Positions 1 to 12,035 of a DNA stretch of 64,000 bases are shown in pieces (position 1 is the stretch's first letter; every line of letters starts with the position of its first letter). Under the pieces are notes generated by a model. The model worked only from the letters and a program-made list of their open reading frames with translations. It was not told where the DNA came from and searched no databases. Origin of the DNA: Paraphysomonas bandaiensis (lineage: Eukaryota > Protista > Chrysophyceae); assembly GCA_965644295.1 (NCBI GenBank), contig CBFFRP010000110.1, positions 62,001 to 126,000 on the forward strand, written 5' to 3'. Both the position numbers and the translations under genes were made by a program.

Positions 1-2190
1 TGTGTGAGGAAGATCGGTCTCATCAGGTGGAGTCTCTTCGTGAGGAGTTGTCAACTTTGGAGAGAAAACATCAAGAGGAACGTGAGCAAGCGGATGGTGC
101 GGACAATAGCTTACGTTTACGTCTGGAGCAGTTGCAGGTGTGTATAATTTAATGTGTGTGATGTATGAAAGCTATGATGGGCGTGTCTTTGTCGAGACAA
201 GCTTTAAGCATGTAGATGAAATTGTTGATGCATTGTATGTGTGGAGTATTTAAGTGTATATTCTGTACAGGATGAGCTGGCATCACTAGCTGCTGCAAAG
301 GAGGCCTGTGAAGCTACTAACCAGTCACAGAAGGAAGAGTTAGAGAAGTTGAAGCATGAGTTGTCTATGTGTGAGGAAGATCGGTCTCATCAGGTGGAGT
401 CTCTTCGTGAGGAGTTGTCAACTTTGGAGAGAAAACATCAAGAGGAACGTGAGCAAGCGGATGGTGCGGACAATAGCTTACGTTTACGTCTGGAGCAGTT
501 GCAGGTGTGTATAATTTAATGTGTGTGATGTATGAAAGCTATGATGGGCGTGTCTTTGTCGAGACAAGCTTTAAGCATGTAGATGAAATTGTTGATGCAT
601 TGTATGTGTGGAGTATTTAAGTGTATATTCTGTACAGGATGAGCTGGCATCACTAGCTGCTGCAAAGGAGGCCTGTGAAGCTACTAACCAGTCACAGAAG
701 GAAGAGTTAGAGAAGTTGAAGCATGAGTTGTCTATGTGTGAGGAAGATCGGTCTCATCAGGTGGAGTCTCTTCGTGAGGAGTTGTCAACTTTGGAGAGAA
801 AACATCAAGAGGAACGTGAGCAAGCGGATGGTGCGGACAATAGCTTACGTTTACGTCTGGAGCAGTTGCAGGTGTGTATAATTTAATGTGTGTGATGTAT
901 GAAAGCTATGATGGGCGTGTCTTTGTCGAGACAAGCTTTAAGCATGTAGATGAAATTGTTGATGCATTGTATGTGTGGAGTATTTAAGTGTATATTCTGT
1001 ACAGGATGAGCTGGCATCACTAGCTGCTGCAAAGGAGGCCTGTGAAGCTACTAACCAGTCACAGAAGGAAGAGTTAGAGAAGTTGAAGCATGAGTTGTCT
1101 ATGTGTGAGGAAGATCGGTCTCATCAGGTGGAGTCTCTTCGTGAGGAGTTGTCAACTTTGGAGAGAAAACATCAAGAGGAACGTGAGCAAGCGGATGGTG
1201 CGGACAATAGCTTACGTTTACGTCTGGAGCAGTTGCAGGTGTGTATAATTTAATGTGTGTGATGTATGAAAGCTATGATGGGCGTGTCTTTGTCGAGACA
1301 AGCTTTAAGCATGTAGATGAAATTGTTGATGCATTGTATGTGTGGAGTATTTAAGTGTATATTCTGTACAGGATGAGCTGGCATCACTAGCTGCTGCAAA
1401 GGAGGCCTGTGAAGCTACTAACCAGTCACAGAAGGAAGAGTTAGAGAAGTTGAAGCATGAGTTGTCTATGTGTGAGGAAGATCGGTCTCATCAGGTGGAG
1501 TCTCTTCGTGAGGAGTTGTCAACTTTGGAGAGAAAACATCAAGAGGAACGTGAGCAAGCGGATGGTGCGGACAATAGCTTACGTTTACGTCTGGAGCAGT
1601 TGCAGGTGTGTATAATTTAATGTGTGTGATGTATGAAAGCTATGATGGGCGTGTCTTTGTCGAGACAAGCTTTAAGCATGTAGATGAAATTGTTGATGCA
1701 TTGTATGTGTGGAGTATTTAAGTGTATATTCTGTACAGGATGAGCTGGCATCACTAGCTGCTGCAAAGGAGGCCTGTGAAGCTACTAACCAGTCACAGAA
1801 GGAAGAGTTAGAGAAGTTGAAGCATGAGTTGTCTATGTGTGAGGAAGATCGGTCTCATCAGGTGGAGTCTCTTCGTGAGGAGTTGTCAACTTTGGAGAGA
1901 AAACATCAAGAGGAACGTGAGCAAGCGGATGGTGCGGACAATAGCTTACGTTTACGTCTGGAGCAGTTGCAGGTGTGTATAATTTAATGTGTGTGATGTA
2001 TGAAAGCTATGACGGGCGTGTCTTTGCCGAGACAAGCTTTAAGCATGTAGATGAAATTGTTGATGCATTGTATGTGTGGAGTATGTAAGTGTATATTCTG
2101 TACAGGATGAGCTGGCATCACTAGCTGCTGCAAAGGAGGCCTGTGAAGCTACTAACCAGTCACAGAAGGAAGAGTTAGAGAAGTTGAAGC
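1..2190 (+). repeat. Tandem repeat, 367-bp unit (234-nt exon + 133-nt intron), about 6 copies, truncated by the window edge
   Basis: Identical ORFs recur at 241, 608, 975, 1342 and 1709, exactly 367 bp apart. Only the last intron (1973-2105) shows 3 substitutions. Confidence 0.98.
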
Positions 2191-4526
2191 AGTTGGTATC
2201 AACATCAGCTGCATCATTTGAGGCCTGTATGAAAGAAAAGAGTGCGTTAGAAAGGAGAATTGAGAAAGCCAAGGAATTCTTCAACACGAAGAAAGTTGAG
2301 GAGGAGGTTAGAATTTCTGAGTTGGAAGCTGCAGTGAATTCGAAGGTAATATTGTAGATTTTGCTTTTGGTATTGACTCCGTTTTGTTTAGGTGCTAGCA
2401 GAGAAGGTAGCTTCTGATAGTATGGCTGAGCAACAAAAGTTGAAAGATGAGACCCAGCGCTTAAGCATGCGCGTCTCGGAGTATGTAGACTGGTGTATTT
2501 ATTCTTATCATTAATGTTGTATTAGACTTGAAAAAGAGTTGGAGAACAGCTCATCAATATCTGAGCACCGCCGGAATGAGTTCTTGTCAGACATTGAGGT
2601 ACCTAGCAGTTTTGGTTGCGAAGATTGGTGTAATAATCTACAGAAAAAAGAAAGTACTATACGAACGTACGAAGCAAAGATTGATGAGTTGGGTGGTCAA
2701 ATTCTCCGACTTCAAGAAGCTGAAGAAGTTAGACAGAATAACGAAGATACAGCGAAACATGCGGCAGGTAATGAATACATCTGTTGCTGATGTCTTTGAA
2801 AGTGTTGTAGATACCACTGATGCTCTTGCTCGGCAACTTGAACAGTTGGAAGATAAAGACCGAACTATCGAGGCCATGAGAATCGCACACGAAGAGGTAT
2901 AATTCCAATTTAATGAAAGATACGTGACAATGGTGCATAGGAATTGCATCAGTTACGTGAAAAGGTGGACATGCTAAGTCGTGATTTGGACGCAGCACAA
3001 GATAGTTTAAGCGAAAAGTCTGCTGTAGTAGACACCTTACAGCAAAATATCGCTGCAGTGGAAGTCCAATGCAGCGCTCTACAGGTATGGACTGTCACAG
3101 TACCTCTACTATTTGTCCACATCAAATGAAACTTATATTCACAGTCGGAAAACGACCATATCAAATTGGAATTAGAAAAAGCTGCGGCTCAGTTGGAAAG
3201 TGAAGTTCAACAAAATTTGGTATCACTTTTTCACTTTGTGTGCCCTGTATTTACTTTATAATTAGGAACGCAAGAAAAAAATTAGGGTGTATGTAGACAA
3301 GCTAACGTCGGATAAAGTTCAATTGGAAACTCAACTTCTCGAGAAGACGCAGTGGGCAGATAAGTGTCAAAAAGAAGTCGAAGCTTTAAGGGCGGAACTC
3401 TCTGACTCACGTCGATCTCTTGATTCTATTCAAAGCGAGGTGCAATATCAACATTTTTAATGTATGCGATCTCACAGTATATTCAGTTTGCTAATGACAT
3501 TGCACAAATCAAAGCGAGTGCGGTGAAAGAAGTTGATGGGTACCGTGCTACGCTGAGTAATAGAGATTCTGAAATTGAAAGGTACGCTGGTTAGGCATTC
3601 ACCTTTGTTACAGTATTTTTGTTGTGCACAGGCTGCGTGAGCAAATTGCAGATTTTGATATACGAATTACTGAAAAAGTACGTTGCTGTGGTAACTTGAA
3701 GTGATCTTATATGCATTTTACATTTCCAGGTGAAGCTGGCTGAAGAGCAACTGGTACAGAACGTACAAGAGCTGGAATCGCACAAATCGAAACGCTTGGC
3801 TGCTAGAAGCGAAATGATAGGAATGGCTCAGGTCTTAACTTGACTTTACTTTTTGAATTTATGACATAAATAAAAGGCCTACGAGCGTGCGGAAGCTGAA
3901 TTGCTAGAAACACAGGAGTTTTTAAGGTATACACTGATTCCTTTGGTTTTTGAGCAGGTCGGAGTGCCGATGTATGATGATTTCAGCTATTTCATTTTGT
4001 TGAATAGATATCTGGCGTGGAGTCTGCGTTGCAACATATCGAGTTTGCGACAGGAATTATACTATCTAAGAAGGCAATGAGATTTCGTGCTAAAGCATCA
4101 AACTTCCTTAACCGACAAACCGATCCCTCAACAACAGATAATAGTAGTACGTCCAAACTGACGAACTCTTCTGCAGATCTTGACGATGAAAAGGAACCTT
4201 CGAATATCCACAAGGCGAAATTTCGTGGATCTAAGATATCAGAGTGTATGGAGCAAGCGTATGTACTCAAAAACGAATTAGACAGGGTCCAATCGGGTGT
4301 GAAGTTATTGGGAGACAGTGTAGAGAGACTGAGCACTGTTGTTCAATCGGATAGTCGATGCTGTGCAGGTCTATGTGATGCCATATGGATGTCGGTCACA
4401 TCATATTTATGGCCGTACGGAGAAAAAGGTTTATCTCAAGGTAAATATGAATCTGTACGACTGGATGAAAGCATCCACAATGAAGATCATCCCATAGAGA
4501 GATTTGTTGGCGACGATGATTTATAG
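1..4526 (+). CDS. Long coiled-coil protein, 5' end outside the window, multi-exon; the N-terminal part is encoded by tandem identical 234-nt exons
   Basis: Phase-0 exons 271-504, 638-871, 1005-1238, 1372-1605, 1739-1972 and 2106-2345 are bounded by GT..AG introns. Further short GT-AG introns join E/K/Q/L-rich heptad exons to the terminal exon ending DDDL-stop at 4526. Confidence 0.85.
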
Positions 4527-4940
4527 ATACTTGAATGCAATGTAAATGGCATTGAATTTGACTGGAATTAATAACTGCAAATAATTACGGTGCAGCCGAC
4601 TTCAATACAATATTAACGTACCTATTCAGGTATCATTGTGTACATAATTCGCTCTATTTTCCTTCCTATGTTGAGGGACACTGACTCACTTTTATTTGGT
4701 TATGTTGCTACTTTTTACACTGGATATTGTCCGTACACACTATTCCAGTAATGATTTCTTGCCCTGTACTTGAAAAACATCAAAATCAGACCAATCTCTT
4801 CCAGCATTGGAAGCAATGGGATGCAATTATTAACAAGTACACGATATCAGCTGCTACACTTCTTTGCTAGCCTGCTCTAACTCTTAGCCACTTGTTATCT
4901 TAGCTAAATAGAAAATGTACACCTCTCGATTCCAATAAAA

Positions 4941-5614
4941 CGTGAGCCGCATATATAGTCAGCAAGTAACGTTCTGCACACACATTGCCAAATGCTTGTG
5001 TACTAAACACATGGGACACTAATACGAGGTGTCACTTGTGTAGACGTCTTTTTGAGCTTTGACGAATAAACAGGCATCCGGGAATGGATCAACTTAAGAA
5101 CTCAAAAATCCTGAAGTCAAGAGATGTCAGGTATATCAACACAGACATTCATTCCTAACTAGTACAGTAACTAACTCTGATATCCTACTATATTTTTAAC
5201 GCTACGAAAGCTGCTTGTGCGCCACCGCAAGCATCAATGTGCAGCCACTCTCGCTATATTACTCAAAGCAAATGCTGAGAACAAGCAGAATGTTGATATA
5301 TACGTGACATCTCTTTGACTTCAGGATTTGTGAGTCCTTAAGGTGAACAGCCCGAATGCTTGACTTCAGAAGGCACCCCAATAACCCGGATGTTCGTTTA
5401 TTCGTCAAGTCCCAAAGACGTCTACACAAGTGATACTTGTATTAGTGGCCCATGTGTGTACCACACAAGTATTTGGCAATGAGTGTGCAGAACGTTACCA
5501 CTAGCTGACTATATATATATGTGGCTCACGCTAGTTTCCCGGAAAAAGTCTCCGGTACTTATCCCCCAGAAAACCACGAAAAGGTGCGAGTCCGACTTTG
5601 TTTGTTGAGGTGAC
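4941..5614. mobile_element. Two oppositely oriented copies of the SINE-like element forming an inverted repeat
   Basis: 4941-5141 is the reverse complement of 5291-5530. The LINE-type tail motif lies at ~5180-5250. Homologous to 31967-32453. Confidence 0.75.
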
Positions 5615-6257
5615 ATATTCGTGACGACATATCCAACGACGACCCGGAGGAAGAAGTACCACGAAAGATCACGAGAAGGGTAAGTAATACTGTTCATAAA
5701 AAGAAGGTGGCGGGGTTGTTGTCGAATCCCAGCAGAAAGCAGATCTGATACCTCCCGATGTAGCTGAACTTTATCAGGAAATGATGTCCGGTCTTGCAGA
5801 ACTTCGTGATTTTTTGATGAGAGAAAATGATGATCATCTACCTGCGGATGATCCTCCACCTACTTATGATTCTCCACTTACTAGTAATGTGCCCCCAACG
5901 GCTGTTGCCGCATCGTCTCCGAGCATAGGTAATAATACTACTGTAAGTAGTAGTAGTGGTGTTATTGCATGTAGTAGTGGTGAAGATAGCTATATATCCG
6001 TATGCAATGTATCCAAAATCAGGCTATTCGGTCGAAGCGTTTGCAATCTCAAGAGAGGCAAATGCAGCTATATGATAATATGATATTATTACAAGACACA
6101 AGTATCAGAGGGACAACTTGTAACGCAATAAATACTTCTAATAACAACTATTGTTGCGACTTTTTCTTCATCGTTAACCTCTCAGATACAAAAATTAATG
6201 TAAAATAATAATTCAATACTTAGATAAGAAACCTGGTGAAATCGCTTTACCTCGACT
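5612..6257 (+). repeat. Unclassified dispersed repeat, copy 1
   Basis: Colinear with the reverse complement of 50741-51383 (shared reading DLIPPxVAELxQEMMSGLAE). A fragment is also at ~60965-61005. Confidence 0.8.
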
Positions 6258-6308
6258 ACTTGTACTAGATAGTTAAACTGCCATGCTAAATTAGTCCTGA
6301 CTCTTAAA

Positions 6309-6651
6309 GGGGTCCTTTCAAAGATTAAAAAAAAGTGCTGGATTTGCCCAAAATCAAACTGGAATTTGGAAAATCGTACCGAACGCGGAAAACAAAATAT
6401 TCTCATTTTCTGGAAAATTTCAGGGAATTAAATTTTGTGCTTTGAGTCGAAAGACAATTCACTGGAGTTTGAGAAGTAAGTGCTGAATTTTTGAATCACG
6501 ATTATACATACAGTGTATACGTTAAATGCACGTATATAGAATATGACCATCGTTCGGTAGGATGAATTACCGAAGTAGAGTGCTTTCTCAGTCAGTGGGA
6601 TTTCTCTAAAATCCAGTAAATGAAAATCCATTGAATGAACCGAACGGGGCC
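6309..6651 (-). mobile_element. Degenerate, internally deleted PIF/Harbinger (Tourist-like) MITE
   Basis: Both ends match the ends of the 44413-45287 element in reverse orientation (aaaaaagtgctggatttgc... and ...aaaatccattgaatgaaccgaacggggcc). Confidence 0.65.
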
Positions 6652-6822
6652 TCAGACATTCAGTACTAAAATGTTAAGTGCCCTCGACGGATAACAGCAG
6701 TGAAAGTATTTTTATTAGCAATAGGCGTTTAAGAGTCAGGACTAATTTAGTATTGAAATTTATCTAACTCTAGTGCTTAACTCTGATATCCTATCTACTA
6801 TTTAAAGCTACGGCGGATATTA

Positions 6823-7534
6823 TCAAGCTCTGCGCTCTTCAAGGACAGAGTACAAACTTAAATTATCAAGCATCGAAGATAGTATTGTGTACAGGTAGCT
6901 ATATTCTCTGACCAAGAAGTTTCGCTATATTGCTTTCTCATATATATATATATTCATAAATTTCTATTACTAATCACTAATCATACAACACACACGTCTC
7001 ACAATGCTAACACAAAGCATGAGATACCCATCCCACACGGAAACCCACTGCATATTATGGACTAGTCATACGTAATGTAAACATGTTATGTAACTATGCT
7101 CTCAAGAATTCATTCGACTATACTAAATAAAATGTTTCTCGTCATACTTCGTGCTCCGGCAGAAGAAGCAGTGTCAAGCTCTGCGCTCTTCAAGGACAGA
7201 GTACAAACTTAAATTATCAAGCATCGAAGATAGTATTGTGTACAGGTAGCTATATTACTGTGGATTCTCTGACCAAGAAGTTTCGCTATATTGCTTTCTC
7301 ATGTATATATATATTCATAAATTTCTATTACTAATCACTAATCATACAACACACACGTCTCACAATGCTAACACACAAAGCATGAGATACCCATCCCACA
7401 CGGAAACCCACTGCATATTATGGACTAGTCATACGTAGTAAACATGTTATGTAACTATGCTCTCAAGAATTCATTCGACTATACTAAATAAAATATTTCT
7501 CGTCATACTTCGCGCTCCGGCAGAAGAAGCAGTG
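6823..7534. repeat. Tandem duplication (~351/361 bp) that includes the stop codon and 3' UTR of the minus-strand gene
   Basis: 6823-7173 and 7174-7534 both begin tcaagctctgcgctcttcaagg and differ by a few substitutions and small indels. Confidence 0.9.
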
Positions 7535-9745
7535 TGCAAACGCCCTTTATTGCCATTGCTTGGTTCTTCTTCTGCTGAATAAGAATCGATCTTAGTATTA
7601 TTCTCGCCAACTGCATCTGCAAGATGTGCATTCCTTTGAGATACTTCCAACATATGTGTCAATAAGTCATCATCTTCCGCTTTCAATACGTGACTGCCGC
7701 TTGTGTCCTCCAGATCACGAGATAAACTTCCACCTCTACTTGATTCGGAATTAAAACCGGTCCTGCTCTTAGATAAAATGTCTGCAACATTCCACAAAAA
7801 TAAAGTTTAAGCACAATTGCTTGTACTCCACGTACCGTCCACTTGGTTATGGCGGCTTTCTGCCCGCAATCTGAAGCTTTCAAGTTCTTCAAGACGTTCT
7901 TTCTCAATCAGAGCACCTTCATATGTCGCCCTCACTTTCAACGCAGTTTTTATCACTTTGACCTCGTTTTCCGTCAGTCCAAGCCCTGACTGACCTTCAA
8001 TTGATGACAACGAATCAATATTGAGTCTAATCAGCTTTTGTCCACATGTTAATGTGGACATCGAAGTAATATTTCTTTCTGTGGTATTCCTGTTGGAATT
8101 TGGAGCGTCGGCATTGTCTCCCGAACGCGTTTGTGTCATGTTCTGTTCAATTCTTTTCCTTCTTTTGTTCATAGTGGTCGAGCCAAAACAGGAGGAAATA
8201 GCATCGTTAGTTGGATACTTTCGTTTTTTCTGAATACTGATACCCGCAGTGCATCTGGGGTTTTGTCCTGGGGTACCACCACTGCATTCTTCACTTGATA
8301 CCTCCTGAACAACTCGATTTATAGCAGCGTCATGGCCTTTTCCAAATATTGCCTGTAGCCAAGCCTTAACCTGAAACACACATTAAATGACACATACACA
8401 TCATGTCTCACTCGCCTGGTATTTATCCCATTTTCCGATGGGGGTATTCTGTAGAGTGACGATGGCAACGTCGTTCGATTCCAAGATGTGATTAAGACCA
8501 TCCAATACATGATATGCCTTCAATTTCATAACAGATGTAGTTTCTTGAATGGGTTCCTGCTATTAATGAGCTAACTCGGAATACGACGGCAACATGGTTT
8601 ATGACGATACCTTGGTCTCAGAAATTTGACCAACGTCTTCAAAAGCCAGGACAAGACATGCAGCTACCACAGAGTAGAAGCCATGAAGATGTTGCCTGAC
8701 ATCTCGATACCTGGCAAATCTGTACATGGCGTGAAAAATATTCAATAAGATAACTTCGACTCACTCTTCTCTAGCTCTCGCAAAAACTGAATCGTGAATT
8801 TGTAAATTGGCGCATATATCACCCATGAGTTCAAAGGCCATACGTTTTTGTTCACTCCGATACCCTCGACGAGTGCGACGGTCGTCGTTTCCAATATTGC
8901 TACACGATAAACTTTTACTAAAGTTACATTCCCAATTACTTTCACCTTAGATTCATTTCGACATCCTGATTAGTGCGCCTCAGCTTTTTAAACGTTGCGT
9001 CCGATCCGACAATAACAGTTTTCAAGTTTTCACTAAATCTAAATCATGAAAGCACGACGGATTGAATTCGAATACCTGTCTGGCATGAGGGGGTCAAAAT
9101 TCGGACCATAGTGATTCCTATCCTCCTGTTTCGTATAAGAACAAGTGCCATATCCAATACTGTACCTACCGAATCCTCGGCAAATATACGGAACTCTTGA
9201 CCTTCATCGACAACATGATCTTGTATCACATTCCCGCACCCACTTCTGTCTACCCCAAGACATATCGTGTCTCCTGTACAAGGATCAACCTTGAAGCAGT
9301 TCTGGTCCTGTGATAAGGTGACTACAAGAGTACATAATTCATGTCACAGCTACCTCGTTTTTACATATTCCGCATACTAGTTTAAGGCGGGAGTGATTAT
9401 CTACAGCTAAGGCACTCCATACTTCTTCGTTGTCTGCTATTCCTTCCGACCTCGAAGCCCGGACGCGCTCAATTATTTCGTTAAATTTTTTCAGCAGCTC
9501 CGGCTCTCTGCGTCTCCTTTCCTCTTCCTTTAGGGCTTGTTGTTCAGCATTTTCTCTCCTTTTCGCGGCTTTTACTTCCTCTGTGCAGAGCTTGAAATAA
9601 TATAAATTAACTCAATACACCAGCTACCCGTGTCACTGTCGCTCAATCTGACCACATTGGCTGGTGTAATGGGCGGAACAAGTAAATAACTGCACCATCT
9701 CCAGGCTAACTTCTTCTTCAGTTGCAGCGTTTTGTCGTCACACAT
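7471..9745 (-). CDS. TFIIB/BRF-like zinc-ribbon protein with a partial cyclin-like repeat and a SAM-like region (multi-exon)
   Basis: Spliced CGICKNE-DQNCFKVDPCTGDTICLGVDRSGCGNVIQDHVVDEGQEFRIF matches the TFIIB zinc ribbon and B-reader. It is followed by helical ICANLQIHDSVFARAREE-FARYRD...VVAACL, then WDKYQVKAWL...GQKLIRL. Confidence 0.65.
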
Positions 9746-9855
9746 CGAAGCCTTATGGTCAATTGCTTCAGAAAAAAGTGAGAGCAAGGTCGGTGTCTAG
9801 GAACGCTGTGGGTTTAATTATGATAATGGAGCACTAAAGAATTAGAAGAACTCCA

Positions 9856-9897
9856 CAGCACAGACATACACACACATACACACACATACACACACAG
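9856..9897. repeat. Imperfect (CA)n microsatellite in the divergent intergenic region
   Basis: Visible acacacacatacacac run. Confidence 0.85.
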
Positions 9898-10238
9898 CAG
9901 TGCAGGACACTCTCCTCCTCTCTGTCGACCCGAAGAAAATTTCGTACCTGCTGCTGGTCTTGCCATTGTATTCCTGGTATTCTGAAGAATACTACGCTGT
10001 CTCACACAGCTGTGGAAAGAAAGAATGCGAATGGTAGGAAACAAACACATCCGAGTCCATTGACATCTAGACGCACATCATTCATTCGTTCTAACTGTAT
10101 ACCATCAGTAAAATTGTTGTCATGAATGTGCTGGAAACTACCTGTAGCTGGTTTTTCTACAGAATGTAGTGTGAAACCATCGATAGAAAGCGCGTAACTT
10201 ATTTATCTGCAGCGTTGATCTGTGTGACACTTGCTGTT

Positions 10239-11385
10239 ATGGATAATAAACACCAGGAAGCCCCTGGACTTCGTCATCAAGTTTTTGCTAGTGCAATTGG
10301 TAGTATTACTGCAACATTAACTTTAAACCCGATTGGTGTCATAAAGACCAGATTACAGGTTAGACTTTAAATTATCATATCGCGTGTGTCTGACATGGAG
10401 ATGAACAAAGGCTGGTCATGGAAAGTTTGTTGAAGTTGTAAATAATATCATACGAGAAGCTGGACTTGGAGGTTTTTGGGTTGGAGCTAGACTGGGCATC
10501 CTTCAGTCTCTGCCGTCAACGATATTATATATGACAACATATGAAAACATGCGGGATTCGCTGTTACCAGTACTTCCTGATCGTTATCATCACATCGGTG
10601 CTGGAATCGCAGGTTAAATTCTGAGTTATTGGTTCCATTCGAGACGTCACTCATGTTATATGCGCAGGTGGGGTTGCGAGATCTATTGTAGTGACTGCCT
10701 TGGCTCCTATCGAATTGATGCGCACGATGCAGCTGGGTGGGTCTGCACAAAGCATGGCAGCCCTCTCTCATAGTATCTATACGAGCGGCGGAGTCAGTGG
10801 ATTTTACAGAGGGTGGTCCAGTACTATTATGCGGGATGCCCCTTTTAGTGTCATTTATTGGATGTGCTTCGAACGTTTCAAATCATTTTACGACCCTCTA
10901 CTAGGTGGATATATGCGCAATCAAGCAACTCCAGACGAGTTCAGCAAGCTGATTGTCAATTTCGTGTCTGGATCAACCTCAGGTGAATCTTTTTTTCCTT
11001 TCTTTGTCATATCATGTATTAATCAGGATCAATGGCTGCCGTATTTACACACCCCTTTGATGTACTTAAGACTCAACGACAGCTTGCCTTGACCAACCTC
11101 TCTTCAAGCGTTTCTTCGAAGAATGCTGTTCAACCTGCCATTAAGATTTGCTGCTTGATGTCAGAGTGTTGCTGTCCCTGCACTGGGCCTGTTGCTGCGG
11201 CGACATCAGTCAGTAGTCAGCAGCCGCCTGCCTCTGCGTCTGTTGGTGAAGGATTGCGTAAAATAGTTCACTCCAGAGGAATTAGAGGACTCTTTAAAGG
11301 TCTTTCAATGCGGTTGGCCACCATTGTTCCCGGAAGTGGAATTATGATAACGACCTATGAGTTTGCAAAGACAATTCCGATTTGA
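10239..11385 (+). CDS. Mitochondrial carrier, SLC25A39/A40 (Mtm1)-like; 4 exons
   Basis: Three carrier motifs (PIGVIKTR, PIELMRT, PFDVLKT), RDAPFSVIYW and C-terminal IMITTYEFAK typical of this subfamily. Confidence 0.85.
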
Positions 11386-12035
11386 TGCATATAATAATAG
11401 TAATGATAGAGTGTACATATGGAGACGAAATGATTGAATGTGGATGTTCATTGTGTTAGCAACTTCATTGTCAACATAACGAGACAGTAAAAATATTGAC
11501 CGAACTGCAATTGCATGTAAAAGCTTTTCTCTGTAAAATCTTACCTCTTTCAAGGAAAGATTTATGTTGCTTTAGTTTTATGCAACAACTATACTACCAC
11601 GCATTGTGGAGTGAAACACATCTATAACCTGGTGATTGTTGTGATCCTGTACTTATGACTCATAGTTATGAGTCTCGGAGTAGGGGTGGATCAGATACAA
11701 ATATATGAGGGAATTGTATATTGAAAGTCTTATTAGTTAGCAGCAGACGTGCCAGCATTGTGATACGGAATTATCTAAGTCTAAGTAACGAATGTACTAA
11801 ATAACGACTGTATACTAGGCCGTTTTTCTACTATATTACTACGGAAGTTACTTGTGTGTGGTCGCCGCAAGCACCAGGCACATATGTTTGATGGTGTCTA
11901 GAGGATGTGCACTGTCAGAGCAGGCCAATTTTTGTCTGGATCAAGACTTCTCGTAGTTTTAGCTCGATTGCGGTCTTCTGCTGTCCCACGTGAAGGCTGC
12001 ACTTAGTATCCTATCCTTGAGGGAGTAGCTGGATT

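Noticed and set aside
241-1987. Five identical 92-aa ORFs as separate genes, or a CRISPR-like array
   Set aside because: The starts are GTG codons inside introns, each ORF is an exon plus intron edges, and there are no unique spacers.
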